Shown here in pieces: positions 16,018-30,928 of a stretch of DNA of 64,000 nt; position 1 is the stretch's first letter; the number at the start of each line of letters is the position of its first letter. Source of the stretch: Eledone cirrhosa (taxonomy: Eukaryota); NCBI GenBank assembly GCA_964016885.1, contig OZ024742.1, forward strand, positions 339,140,001 through 339,204,000, given 5' to 3'. The notes beneath the pieces are model-generated. The model searched no databases, was not told the origin of the DNA, and saw nothing but the letters and a program-made list of their open reading frames with translations. The position numbers and the translations under genes are program-made.

Positions 16018-19000
16018 ATTGTTATACTTGGGGATGGTCATATTGTTGTAATAATATTGCCAGAAATAATAAGAGAGCGCACTCACTGTTTGGTTGATTT
16101 TCGCTTCTGTATCTTTTATATCTCCACAGTTAATTCATTTGGTCCTCAATGTTTATCATTGACTGACCAACGGTCAAAAATACAGATATAATATAGATAT
16201 AAACACATATATATAGTCTAACAAAGTTCTTTCGTTGCACATATGCAACATCATCAGGGGTACTATTATGTTCCTCCTGTTGTATTGTATGTCTGCGTCA
16301 TTTTTATTTTATCTGTTTACTTATTTATTTTTGTCTTCTTCTCTGCGCATGCGTTTGCGTGTGGAGTATAGTGTTTGGTGTGTGTTCGCGTTTGGGTGAC
16401 TGAGTTTTGGTTATTGTATTCTATCTTAGTTTACTAGTGTGTGTTTATATGTGTTTGTTGTTATTGTGCTTGTGTATATATTTATTTATTTATCTATTTA
16501 TATTTCTCTTAAGTCAGTATTGTTTGTTTGGGTGCTGTTGTTATTCCATTCATTTTTTCTGTTTAGCTTTGGCCTTCTAAGCTCTATTTCGCTAGCCTCT
16601 CTGATTTGCCTATCTACTGGGTCATTTCTATGTTTAGATATTATTTTAATTTCTATGTTGTCTATTTTACCGTCGTGTTGTTGTCTGGCGTCTTCGTATA
16701 GTACTGCACCGTTTTTTCGTCCTTTTAGTTCCCCCATGTGTTGGTCTATCCTTTCTCCTATGCTACGAGCTGTCTCGCCTATGTATGTTGTCATGTTTCT
16801 GCAAGTACCCTCTGTACATCTTATGTTATAGACTACGTTTCTAGTTTTACAGTTTATCTGGGGGTTTACTTTACATATAACACATTTTCTATTAGTACAG
16901 TGGGTTTTCTTAAAAGGGTATGTTTTGCTAATCAGGGATTTTATGGTAGTGCTTGGCTTTTCTACCACTTTAATCTTAAAGTGGGTCTTTCTCAGGGCCT
17001 TTCTACACTGGTTAGCTAATTTCCCTCCAGGGGTAGCGTCCACGAACATGACACTCTGGTATCTCTGGTTGTCGAACCATGAGGTGGCTTTCCCTATCTT
17101 ATGTTTAGTCCCATCTAAGCTATTCCGTGATTGGCTCCTGTATAGTGGGCAAATTCATTTCATGTCCAGTTCTATGAGGGTCTTATACTTCTCCGTGGTT
17201 CCTTTGTATACTCTGATGCTGTCGCTTTGGTTGTAGCCACAGAACTGCATGCGGTTGATGAAGTGTTGGATGTGTCTTTCCATTTCTGTTGGGTCGCACA
17301 TGCGGGACACGTTCTTCATCACTCGTACCAAGTCTGCGATCAGAATATTAAACTTACCACTATTGGACATTGCTGAGGTTTTGAGTTTCAGGTATTTGGA
17401 GGCCATGGGTTTAACGTAGTGTGAGTGGAGAATTTGGGCCCTCTCGTCTATAGTGTTAATCCAGTGTTCTGTGTCTAATACAGGTAGTCTACTGTTAGGG
17501 TGTTTGGAAGGGTAGTCGATAGTTACAGTTATACTTTGGTGTATGGAGTTAGCTATCCGCTGGATGCTTTCCATTGTGCTACATTCTAAATCATACTTGT
17601 TAGTACTCTCTTGTGGGGATGTCCTTATTACTATATTGATGTCGTCTACGTAACGAGAGTACATGGTGAGGTCTATGGAGCTCTCATCAAGGAGATCTTT
17701 GAATCTCCTTTCCCACCATACCATAAACAGTTTGGCAACGTCACCAGCTATGCTGACGCCAATGCTGGTCCCTCATTTTGGGTGTAGATCTTTTCGTTGA
17801 ACTTAAATATGTGGCCCTTTAGGGTAGTTTTGATACTAGCCCCTATTGCATGCGCGACCATTTTTCTTACCTGATCATTGTTTTTGGGGTTCCGTATGGC
17901 TTTGGTCCACCCAATCCACCTTCCCATGGGAGTCCTTTTTGCCATTGCGGTTATGGTGGGGGGTCTACCTCTTATGTGTCTACTGGAGCAGAAACGGCTA
18001 AGGTCATGGCTGTCTAGGTAGTCGGTGTCGTAGGTAAGTCTAAGTAGAAGGCCCAGTTCATATGTGTCGACGTCGCAGAATTCCACATCACTCTCAATGA
18101 TCATCTCCACACATTTTTCAACAGAAAAATCAATGTTAATGGATGGGTACAGTGATACCACATCCATGCTGCCTATTATGCAGTTAGACAGGTTTTTGTT
18201 TTTGTTGCATTCATTGATTCTGCTGAGGAGGTCCTCTGTACTGTCACATACATCTGGGGACATCTTGATTATGGGGCGTATAACCATTGAGAGGAAGTAG
18301 GAGATCCTGTAGTTGCTAGCGATATTGGCTCCGCATACAAGTCTTGTTGGTGGTCCTGTTGTCGGGTCGTCGACTGTCTTATGGTCTTTACGGAGCCCAT
18401 ACAAGGATGGTATGTCATTGTTAGACGTCTGGAAGTTGTTGGCAGTGCGTCTGCTTGGCTTTAGGATGTCAGTCCACATCATCATGTGAACGCTGAGGAT
18501 TTTCTCTCTCCCCTCATGTGTTTGTTGTGTAATTTCGCTCATGTTGGTGATGTGGGGTTGCATAGCCTTGATGTAGTTCGGCATGCTATCTATTGACATC
18601 CTACCAGACTTATCCGTGGGTAGACATACTACCTCACCATCCCTTGTGCGCTGCTTGGGGCTAACCAAGCCTTCTACAGGTTTCCTCCCAAGTTGTTGGG
18701 CCTCTGGTCTGCGTTGTCTCTTAGTATATCGGTCAACTATTTGTCTAATCTTATATCTGGCTATGGTGAACTGTGCCTCTGTCTCGTCATCTATTTGTTG
18801 TGGTATGCAAACTCTTTTATTAAAGGGTAACCTCGTAGTATAAATTTTACTCATCTTATATGTTTTGTCAGCTGGGTTGAAGAATAGTTTCTCTAAGGGG
18901 TTGTCATTATATCTATCGTCATAGCTGTGTGTGTTGCTATTATTGTTATTATGGTGGTTGTTGTTCCTACCATTAACATTATTATTATTGTTATGATTGT

Positions 19001-20051
19001 TAGATGTATTGTTGTTGTTGTTTTTGTGTCTATCATTAATGTTGCTACTCGTATTGTCGGACGCCATGCTTTCCAACATAGTTACGTCCCTTTACGATCT
19101 GAGTTCAAATCCCACCGAGGTTGACTTTGCCTTTCATCCTTACGGGGTCGATAAAATAAAGTACCAGTAATGCACTGGATAATTGCTGGCCTTGTGCATA
19201 AAGTAGAAACAATTATTTCCATTATTACCACTGTGGTTGTTTTTGTTGTTGTGTCTGTCGTTAATGTTTCCATTATTATTATCGTGGTTGTTGTTGTTAT
19301 TCTGTCTATCGTTAATATTACTACCACTATTATTATTACTATTTCTCACTCTCCTGCTGTTGTTATTGTTATGGCTATTACTATTATAGCTGTTATTTCA
19401 ATACTCAGAGTTATTGTTTATATTACTATTATCGTTATTATTGTTGTTGTTGTCTGTATAGTTGTTGTTGTTTACTTTTGCATTCTAACGTATTTTTGTG
19501 AAACACTTTTCCAGCTCCGTTTTACACTCGATTGGATTTATCTTTTTGTAGATAGCAAATTACGGTGGGAGCTGGAGAGCCTGTTGTTCTTGTTCATTGA
19601 TTAAAGTGTTCCCATAAATATTTATTGTGTGGCCTTTGGTAAATTCTGCCGGTAATGCTTCGTCTGTCATACGGATATTGTTGATGTTATCTGGGCATTT
19701 TTGTAAATTTTCTATTTTCCTTTCTTGTTTTTTCTTCTTCATCTATCTTAATTTCTTATTGAAATGTCTATTGCATTCGTTTTGAGCATATTTTGTTTCA
19801 TGTCGAGTGACGCTCATGAGTTCATCTATCTCGTTTGGTGTGGTGAGATTTTGAACTTCCTTAACGTTAATGCGTTTCTGTTTGTAAAGTTCGTTAACTT
19901 TTGTATATGTTATACTTTTCATATTGACTGTTAATGTGTGTTTTAGTCGTTCAGCTTGTGTTTTGTTTAATAATAAATTATTTACTTGTTTTGATATGTT
20001 TGTTGTGTATATTTTGAAGGAAACACAGTGTTTTAAGAAGCGAATTTGTTC
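16018..20051 (-). mobile_element. Near-full-length PLE copy (second lineage), frameshifted, with SINE insertion; 3' end abuts (TA)n
   Basis: ORF pieces 19743-20051, 19560-19742, 17748-19079 (SMDVVSLYPSI), 17155-17724 (YSRYVDD), 16498-17049 (VVYNIRC..YIGETARSIGER); pLTR with CTGATGA/GAAA at 16257-16230. Confidence 0.92.
19056..19217 (+). mobile_element. 5'-truncated tRNA-derived SINE inserted in the Asn-rich coding region of the PLE
   Basis: B box GAGTTCAAATCCC, TTGCCTTTCATCCTTACGGGGTCGATAAAATAAAGTACCAG; absent at the equivalent site (about 22305) of the plus copy. Confidence 0.9.
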
Positions 20052-23000
20052 ATCAACCGCATGCAGTTCTCTGGCTACAACCAAAGAGACAGAGTCAGAG
20101 TATACGAAGGAGCCATGGAGAAGTATAAAACCCTCATAGAACTGGACATGAAAGAAATTTGCCCATTATACAGGAGCAAATCATGGAATAGCTTAGATAG
20201 GGCTAGACATAAGATAGGGAAAGCCACCTCATGGTTCGACAACCAGAGATACCAGAGTGTCATGTTTGTGGACGCTACCCCTGGAGGGAAATTAGCTAAC
20301 CAGTGTAGAAAGGCCCTGAGAAAGACCCACTTAAAAATTAAGGTGGTAGAAAAGCCAGGAACCACCATAAAATCCCTGATCAGCAAAACCTACCCTTTTA
20401 AGAAAACCCACTGTACCAATAGGAAATGTATCATATGTAAGGTAAACCCCCGGATAAACTGTAAAACTAGAAACGTAGTCTATAGCATAAGATGTACAGA
20501 GGGTACTTGCAGAAACATGACAACAACATACATAGGTGAGACAGCTCGTAGCATAGGTGAAAGGATAGACCAACACTGGAGGGAACTAAAAGGACGAAAA
20601 AACGGTTCAGTACTATACGAACATGCCAGACAACAACATGACGGTAACATAGACAACATAGAAATTAGAATAATATCTAAACATAGAAATGACCCAGCAG
20701 ATAGGCAAATCAGAGATACCAGTGAAATAGAACTTAGAAGACCAAGACTAAACAGAAAGAATGAATGGAATAACAACAACACCCAAACAAACAACACTGA
20801 CCTAAGAGAAGTATAAATAAGTAAATAAAATAAAATAAATAAATAAATACATACACAAGCACAATAACAACAAACACATACACACACACTTGTCACCCAA
20901 TCACGAACACACGTCACACATCAAACAAAACACTATACACACACGCAAACGCATGCGCAAAGAAGACAAAATAAAATAAACAAACAAGCAAATAAATAAA
21001 TAAATATATAGACAGACTGAATAAAAATGGCGTAGACATACAATACAACGGGAGGAAACAATAGCACCACTGACGATGTTGCAGATGTGCAACGAAAGAT
21101 TTATGATAAACTATATATATGTGTTTGTGTCTATATTGTATCTGTATTATTTTTGACCGTCGGTCAGTCAATGGCAACATTGAGGACCGAGTAAATTAGA
21201 TTACCGATATAAAAGACACAGAAGCGAAAAGCGAAAACCAACCAAACAGTGAGTGTGTTCTGTTATTAATTCTGGCAATATTACACAAATATGACCCTCC
21301 CCAAGTATAACAATATTTGTTTCGACACACGATTTCATATAAAAAATCTCGCAAAACTAATTCATCGCCGTTATGGCATTAGCTTGTTCCAAGCTGAAAG
21401 GTTATTGAAAGACACTGTTTTCTGTTATATAAAAACTACAATAACAACAGAACAAATCCGCTTCTTAAAACACTGTGTTTCCTCCAAAATATACACAACA
21501 AACATATCAAAACAAGTAAATAATTTATTATTGAACAAAACACAAGCTGAACGACTAAAACACACAATAACAGTCAATATGAAAAGAACAACATACACAA
21601 AAGTCAACGAACTTTACAGACAGAAACGCATTAACGGTAAGGAATTCCGAAATCTCACCACGCCAAACGAGAGGGATAACTTCATGAGCGTCATCCGAGG
21701 TGAAACGAAATACGCCCGAAACGAATGCAATAGGCATTTCAATAAGAAATTAGAATGGATGAATAAGAAAAAAACTACAAGAAAGGAAAATAGAATATTC
21801 TCAAAAATACCCAGATAACATCAACAATATCCGTATGACTGATGTAAAACTACCGGAAGAATTTACCAATGACCACACGGTAAATATTTATGGGAACACT
21901 TTAATCAGTGAACAAGAACAACAAATCCTGCAGCTACCACCAAAATTTGCCATCTACAAAAAGATTAACCCTATGGAGTGCAAAACGGAGCTGGAAAAGT
22001 GTTTCACAAAAATACGTTGGAATGCAAAGGTAAACAACAACAACAACAACAACAACAATAATAACGGTAATAGTAATATAAACAATAACTCTGAGTATAG
22101 AAATAACAGTCATAACAATAACAATAGCAGGAAAGTGAGAAATAGTAATAATGGTAATAATACTAACGATAGACAGAACAACAACAACCACAATAATAAT
22201 AATAATAGAAACATTAACCGCAGACACAGCAGCAGCAACCACAGTAGTAATAACGGTAACAATACGAACAACAACAACAATAACCACAGTGGTAATAATG
22301 GAACTAATACATGTAGCAACATTAATGATAGACACAACAAAAACAAGAAACATAATAAAAGTAACAACCACAATGGTAGAAATAACAGTAACAACAACAA
22401 TAACGGTGAAGTAAACAACAATACATCTAGCAATCATAACAATAATAATAATGCTAATGATAGGAACAACAACAACCACCATGATAATAATAGCAACACA
22501 CACAACTATGACGATAGATATAATGACAACCCCTTAGAGAAACTATTTTTCAACCCAGCTGACAAAACATATAAGATGGGTAATATCTATCCTACGAGGT
22601 TACCCTTTAATAAAAGAGTTTGTCTCGTCATCTATTTGTTGTGGTATGCAGAGGCACAGTTCACCATAGCTAGAAATAAGATTAGACAAATAGTAGACAG
22701 GTATACTAAGAGACAAAGCAGACCAGAGGCCCAACAACTTGGGAGGAAACCTGTAGAAGGCTTGGTTAGCCCCAAGCAGCGCACAAGGGATGGTGAGGTA
22801 GTATGTCTACCCACGGATAAGTCAGGTAGGATGTCAATAGATAGCATGCCGAACTACATCAAGGCTATGCAACACCACATCACCAACATGAGCGAAATTA
22901 CACAACAAACACATGAGGGGAGAGAGAAAATCCTCAGCGCTTACATGATGATGTGGACTGACATCCTAAAGCCAAGCAGACGCACTGCCAACAACTTCCA

Positions 23001-25427
23001 GGCGTCTAACGATGGCATACCACCCTTGTATGGGCTCCACAAAGACCACAAGACAGTCGACGACCCGACAATAGGACCACCAACAAGACCCGTATGCGGA
23101 GCTAATATAGCTAGTAACTACAGGATCTCCTACTTCCTCTCAATGGTTATACGCCCCATAATCAAGATGTCCCCAGATGTATGTGACAGTACAGAGGACC
23201 TCCTCAGCAGAATCAATGAGTGCAACAAAAACAGGAACCTATCCAACTGCATAATAGGCAGCATGGATGTGGTGTCACTGTACCCATCCATTAACATTGA
23301 TTTTGCTGTGAAAAAATGTGTGGAGATGATCATTGAGAGTGATGTGGAATTCTGCGACGTCGACATAGATGAACTGGGCCTCCTACTTAGACTTACCTAT
23401 GACACCGACTACCTAGACAGCCATGACCTTAGACGTTTCTGCCCTAGTAGACCCATAAGAGGTAGACCCCCCACCATAACCTCAATGGCAAAAAGACTCC
23501 CATGGGAAGGTGGATTGGGTGGACCAAAGCTATACGGACCCCCCAAAACAATGATCAGGTAAGAAAAATGGTCGCACATGCAATAGGAGCTAGTATCAAA
23601 ACTACCCTAAAGGGCCACAAATTTAAGTTCAACGAGAAGATCTACACCCAAAATGAGGGAGCAGCCATTGGCGTCAGCATAGCTGGTGACGTTGCCAAAC
23701 TGTTTATGGTATGGTGGGAAAGGAGATTCAAAGATCTCCTTGATGAGAGCTCCATAGACCTCACCATGTACTCTCGTTATGTAGACGATATCAATATAGT
23801 TATAAGAACATCCCCACTAGAGAGCTCTAACAAGTTTGATTTAGAACGTAGCACAATGGAAAGCATCCAGCAGATAGCTAATTCCATACACCAGAGTATA
23901 ACTGTAACTATCGACTTCCCTTCCAAACACCCTAACAATAGACTACCTGTATTAGACACAGAACTCTGGATTAACACTATAGACGAGAGGGCCCAAATTC
24001 TCCACTCACACTATACTAAACCCATGGCCTCCAAATACCTGATACACAAAAACTCAGCAATGTCCAGTAGTGCTAAGTTTAATATTCTGATCGTAGATTT
24101 GGTACGAGTGATGAAGAATGTGTCCCGCATGTGCGACCCAACAGAAATGGAAAGACACATCCAACACTTCATCAACCGCATGCAGTTCTCTGGCTACAAC
24201 CAAAGAGACAGAGTCAGAGTATACGAAGGAGCCATGGAGAAGTATAAGACCCTCATAGAACTGGACATGAAAGGAAATTGCCCATTATACAGGAGCAAAT
24301 CATGGAATAGCTTAGATGGGACTAAACATAAGATAGGGAAAGCCACCTCATGGTTCGACAACCAGAGATACCAGAGTGTCATGTTTGTGGACGCTACCCC
24401 TGGAGGGAAATTAGCTAACCAGTGTAGAAAGGCCCTGAGAAAGACCCACTTAAAAATTAAGGTGGTAGAAAAACCAGGAACCACCATAAAATCCCTGATC
24501 AGCAAAACCTACCCTTTTAAGAAAACCCACTGTACCAATAGGAAATGTATCATATGTAAGGTAAACCCCTGGATAAACTGTAAAACTAGAAACGTAGTCT
24601 ATAGCATAAGATGTACAGAGGTTACTTGCAGAAACATGACAACAACATACATAGGTGAGACAGCTCGTAGCATAGGTGAAAGGATAGACCAACGCTGGGG
24701 GGAACTAAAAGGACGAAAAAACGGGTCAGTACTATACGAACATGCCAGACAACAACATGACGGTAACATAGACAACATAGAAATTAGAATAATATCTAAA
24801 CATAGAAATGACCCAGCAGATAGGCAAATCAGAGAGGCTAGTGAAATAGAACTTAGAAGACCAAGACTAAACAGAAAGAATGAATGGAATAACAACAACA
24901 CCCAAACAAACAACACTGACCTAAGAGAAGTATAAATAAGTAAATAAAATAAATTAAATAAATAAATAAATACACAAGCACAATAACAACAAACACATAA
25001 ACACACACTAGTCACCCAATCACGAACACACGTCACACATCAAACAAAACACTATACACACACGCAAACGCATGCGCAAAGAAGACAAAATAAAATAAAC
25101 AAACAAACAAATAAATAAATAAATATATAGACAGACTGAATAAAAATAGCGTAGACATACAATACAACGGGAGGAAACAATAGCACCACTGACGATGTTG
25201 CAGATGTGCAACGAAAGATTTATGATAAACTATATATATGTGTTTGTGTCTATATTGTATCTGTATTATTTTTGACCGTCGGTCAGTCAATGGCAACATT
25301 GAGGACCGAGTAAATTAGATTACCGATATAAAAGACACAGAAGCGAAAAGCGAAAACCAACCAAACAGTGAGTGTGTTCTGTTATTAATTCTGGCAATAT
25401 TACACAACTATGACCCTCCCCAAGTAT

Positions 25428-25432
<5 letters not shown>
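20049..25432 (+). mobile_element. PLE partial tandem: 3' fragment 20049-21313 followed by a full 4119-nt unit, ending in (TA)n
   Basis: 20049-21313 nearly identical to 24168-25432 (offset 4119); HHR-like cores CTGACGA at 21070 and 25189. Confidence 0.93.
21291..24935 (+). pseudogene. PLE polyprotein, about 1210 aa if two frameshifts (A-run near 21770; missing G near 23495) are repaired: N-terminal domain, Asn-rich tract, RT, GIY-YIG
   Basis: LYGLHKDHK, PPTRPVCG, SMDVVSLYPSI, GAAIGVSIAGDVAKLFM, YSRYVDD, LPVLD, C..C..C..C..VVYSIRC..YIGETARS; both frameshift sites read through in the minus copy. Confidence 0.92.
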
Positions 25433-25505
<73 letters not shown>

Positions 25506-25555
25506 ATAATAATATTGCCAGAAATAATAACAGAACTCACTGACTGTTTGGTTGG

Positions 25556-25586
<31 letters not shown>

Positions 25587-26226
25587 CATACATACACATA
25601 AATATATCTTAACGTCACTATTGTTATGTATGTAAAGAGAAGTATAATATGTTGGTTTTTAGCCCAGGGTCAGCAATTTTTGGGAGAGAGGAAAGAGGAT
25701 TGTATTGATCTCAGTACTTGACTCTTGTCAAGTTTTATTGACCCTCGATAGTTTTATCGACCCTAGAAGAATAAAAGGCAAAATTGAAATAGAAATTTAA
25801 GGGGCCATAACTAATTGTCGCGAAGCATCTTATCCAACGCTGTTGCGATTCTACCAATCCACCGAGAATAATATGAAGATGCTAGAGGAGTTTTTTCAGA
25901 AGCGTCAATTATGTGAACTGGAATGAACTTTAACCGAAATACCAAACCAGGTTTTGCTGTTTTGTCTTCACTGAATGTTATACATCTTTTCAAAGATATT
26001 TGCCTATTATTCATGTTGTATTATATTCACAAGTGGCTCACATCCGTCTACACAGAACATGAGAGCAGCACGTTACACAGAACATGAGAGCAGCACGTTA
26101 CACAGAACAGTGGCATCCACTCAACTCCCCCTCTCCCTGTCTTTCACTCACGCTCTTTTTCTACATTTCTCTCTTTCCTCTCTCATTATTCCTATTCATC
26201 TATCAATTCAAGTTTTTGCGCGTGTA

Positions 26227-26290
<64 letters not shown>

Positions 26291-26292
26291 AT

Positions 26293-26370
<78 letters not shown>

Positions 26371-26706
26371 GTATGTATATACATGTGTGTGTGTGTGTGT
26401 TTGATTGTGTGTGTATCATGCTCTTTCCACACACACTATCTCTCTCTTTCTCTCTACCCTCCCTCTCCTATGATGACAAGATTCACATGACCATCAGTAA
26501 TCAGTTTAAGTGCCTACAAAACAATATTTCATACGTGGCCGTTCAGTAAACCATATATCCTGTAACACGGCTTTCACCTTATCCCACAAATAAATATACA
26601 CCAAATATACAGCAAATTTTGAAGTAAGCTAACAAGACTGTTATCTACAACGTATGCATGTATATATGTATGTATATATATGTATATATATATATATATA
26701 TATGAC

Positions 26707-26824
26707 TGTATGTATGTATGTATGTATGTATGTATGTATGTATGTATGTATGTATGTATGTATGTATGTATGTATGTATGTCTGCGTATGTATGTCTGCG
26801 TATGTATGTATGTATGTATGTATG

Positions 26825-26853
<29 letters not shown>
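26707..26853. repeat. (TATG)n microsatellite
   Basis: Direct reading. Confidence 0.95.
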
Positions 26854-26855
<2 letters not shown>

Positions 26856-26879
26856 TTATGCATGTATGCACGTATGCTT

Positions 26880-28775
26880 AGTCGATTCGTCGGTGACTAA
26901 ACTGGCAACCCCATCAAGCTACCTTGGTGAGAAGAGTGATTTTTTAAAATATCTTGCGGGAAGAAAACCAAAACCTGTCAAAGGTAAGAGGAACTCATAA
27001 GAGTTAACGGCCATCCAAAAGTTTACTAGGTGAGAGAAAATCTGGTAGAAATCCTAAGATGAATCAGTTGATGGTTGTCCCAACCTATGTTGGGCCATTG
27101 GCTTTTCCTGCTGGTTTTGTCTGAAAAATGGGCGTAATTCTGTGCTAGCCACCTCTACTATAAGCAATTCACGGACAGGAACTTTGTAGACCCTTAACGG
27201 ATAACAAATAATGCTTCATTCAAATGACCTGCTGCGATATGGGGAGCTGTGATGTGTACAAGTCCGATAAGCTTGAAATACGCAGTAGCAAACCCACACG
27301 TATGCGACTTGGGATATTGGTAGTTTTGTCTTCAAACGTAGTCAATTGCACGACTCGACAGAACCACAAGTGACTGAGCAGCCCTTTCTAGGGATAACAC
27401 TGCTCAGCTGCTAACAAGGAGAGACCTAGAAAATGGTATAAAGAAAACCTGCCTATATCTAAGCTGGCCAGCAACTCATGACTGGCGGTTGTTCACTTAT
27501 GCGGGAGAAACACTTGTAATGAAAATAAAATGACTAATTAGACAAATCATAGACAGAATACATCTTCAATGACATCTTCACAAACTGTGTCTTGGAATAT
27601 GCCTCGTTGTTACATTTATCAGGCTGAAATAATCCTGAACGTCGAAATGCTTTTATCTGTAAAGAGTTCCATCGGTATCAACTGGATATGGTTGCTACCT
27701 GAGGAGGATCAGCTAGAGGAACCAGAATCAGGGTACACCTTATTCTAGAAAGGTCGGCTAGAATAAATGAGCGTCGCGAAGCCGGAGTTGATTTTCTCTA
27801 AGAACCTCCTTGGCGCAACATCTGACCGAACCTCCGCATGGTATCTCCGGTCGGATTATGACACTTAGGTTGCCGCTCCACTTTAACTGTTTTAAGACTT
27901 TGGTCAGTGTATACACTCCTACTCGTGTAAATCCCCGAAAAGAAATAGATGCGTTTTACACGGATCTGAGAATAGTCTTGAAAAATGTAAATAGGCTGAT
28001 GAACTTCTAGTGTTGTGTGATTTGAATGCTCGTGTTGGAAGTGCTCTAAGACATGGAGCAGCACAGGTCGTCATGGAATGGGAAAGTGTAATAGCAACGG
28101 ACTTCTCCTGTTACAGGTGTACCAAGAATGGTTCATAGGGAAGTACAAGGGGACCCACGTTCCCATCATTGGCATATTACTGACTATGTGATTGTAAGAT
28201 GTAATGATTTTGCTGGATGTCAGAGCTCTCCGTTGTATAAGAGGTGCAGAGTGTTGGACGGACCACCGTCTCTTAAGAGCAACTCTTCGTGTTTGTGTTC
28301 AGAAGATGAAACATGGCGGTGTCAAGGTGCAACGACGTATAAATGTCTCACAATTGACCTACTGAGAAAAAGGAAAGAATTTTCAAGACGCAGTTCAGCA
28401 AATTGAAGTCACCAACAGCAATGATACATGTCTGTCTTTTAGCAAATAGTTTTATGAGGTAGCGGTCACGACTTTGGGTTATACTGAGAAAAAACCGTCA
28501 GGACTGGTTTACTGCAAATGATCCAATAGTGGAAAGCCTTCTAAATGAAAAGAAAACATGTTTGGACAATTTCTTGTCATACTGGAAGGAGGGTGAATAC
28601 AAATTTCAGCTCAGCTAGAGAAATCTTTCAAAGAATGTAAGGCGCGAGTGCAGCGCGAACTCTGAGCAGCAAACAATTCACGATGGCGTGATAAAGCGCA
28701 TTAAATACAAGCTTCGGAAGAAAGACGAGATACTATATCACGAACTGCGCATATTATATGGCCCACCTACCGCAG
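26880..28775 (+). mobile_element. Old RTE/BovB-like LINE 5' part: UTR plus decayed APE endonuclease
   Basis: Fragments LEEPESGYTLF, RREAGV, GISGRIMTLRLPL, LVSVYTPT, FYTDL, HWHITDYVIVR with many stops. Confidence 0.75.
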
Positions 28776-28784
28776 TCTTTGACC

Positions 28785-28932
28785 CACTAAATTGGTATTT
28801 TTTTTATTGTCCCTGAAAAAATGAAAGTCACAGTTGACCTCGGTGAGAGTTGAACTTAGAGTGCAGAGAGCCGGAACGAATACCACCAAATATTCTAGCC
28901 AATGTTTTAACAACTTTGACAATTCACCGCCC
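28785..28932 (-). mobile_element. Diverged tRNA-derived SINE
   Basis: Resembles 37121-37304 (ATGAAAG.CA.AGTT.ACCTCGG...TTGAACT). Confidence 0.65.
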
Positions 28933-30142
28933 ATTGAGAACAGCAAGCAGACGTAATATCTAACACACCGCAGAGAAAAATCTAGGGATTAGCGAGTTTT
29001 GAATTTGCTCAAAAATAAATCCTGTTAACTACATAATAGATTTCTGGCATTATCTAATTTACAACCGTGGACGCAACATAGACATACGATTGGTTAAGAA
29101 GTTCGCTTTGCAACCGTGAAGTCGAGGCTTTGATCCTATGGGGTGTTGAGTAGGTTTCATTTACTAAAGCATCGGATCAACCCCAGCCTTCTGAGTGAAA
29201 CTGGGCGAATAGAAAACTGTTTAGAAACCCATCAGATTGACTGTACCTGTAATTTAAAGAGAAACCTGGCCACATACTATGTTATGCTGAATCTCCCTGA
29301 GGTATACTTAAAGAGTTCATATGTTTGTGCAATGCTCTGCCACTTGCTCTACAATACAAGATGTATTGTAAATATATGTCAAAGGAACATATTTATCAAC
29401 TAATGTGTCATGGTAAATCTCTAAAAGAAGTATGTTAAATATACAGTAGCTTTGGAATACTCAGCCACTTATACTATAATATCGAGTGGATTGTAATCTG
29501 TAATCAAAAGGGTCCGCCTTGTCACACATCAATGACAATAACGTTAAATGTAAAATGTGTCTGTAAAATACGAAATAGGTTGTAACCTGTAAATTAAAGA
29601 GACAGCTTTGTCAAACGTAGTTACGCTGACTCTCCATCAAAAGTAAGTTAAGTGTACACGTGTCTGTGAAATGCTCGGCCACTTACACTATACATACAAG
29701 ATAGGCTGTACCTATAATTCAAAGAAACAGTCATGTCATATAATGTATCCCACTGAATCTCCCTGAGAATTATCCAACATTTTGACGGGCCAATTTACTT
29801 AATTTACTTTCATTTACCTAATTTCACGAGCAAGCTGTTCTGCTGATCAAGCTAGAAAACACATCGTCGAAACCGACGGAGGTCCTTTCCGTTCTATCTC
29901 AATTTACAATGAGCTGTATAATAATAATTGCCTCATTAATATCTGAACAGGTTTGAATAAACAGCAATTGTTAATTAATTCATTTAATAATAGAAAACTC
30001 ATAAGGGTTTACCGAAATAACTACAAACATGACTGCAGTGAACAAACAATTTTACGATCCTTTATTCAGTAAATTTCATTTTATTAACAATTTAATTGTT
30101 TGCATCGTTTTGCTGCTTTCACTGGGTCACATTCACATAAAA

Positions 30143-30190
<48 letters not shown>

Positions 30191-30398
30191 ACACACACAC
30201 ACGTGCACACACACATGCATATATATATATATATACCTATATGCACACATACACACATATACTCATATATACATATGCACAAACATAGAGACATAGTCAC
30301 ACAAGAACATACATCAGAAAAATACTCAGGCATACATACTTACATACATGCATACATATATGCATACATACACACACACACACACATATCTGTATGAA

Positions 30399-30926
<528 letters not shown>

Positions 30927-30928
<2 letters not shown>

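Noticed and set aside
21291-24935. Programmed frameshifting or selenocysteine recoding in the PLE ORF
   Set aside because: Both breaks are single-base indels that read through in the sister copy; no in-frame TGA pattern; endonuclease is C-terminal, unlike Naiad elements
29240-29770. Three to four diverged repeats with GCTGAATCTCCCTGAG / GCTCAGCCACTTA
   Set aside because: Likely old SINE-associated tail repeats; too decayed to call more
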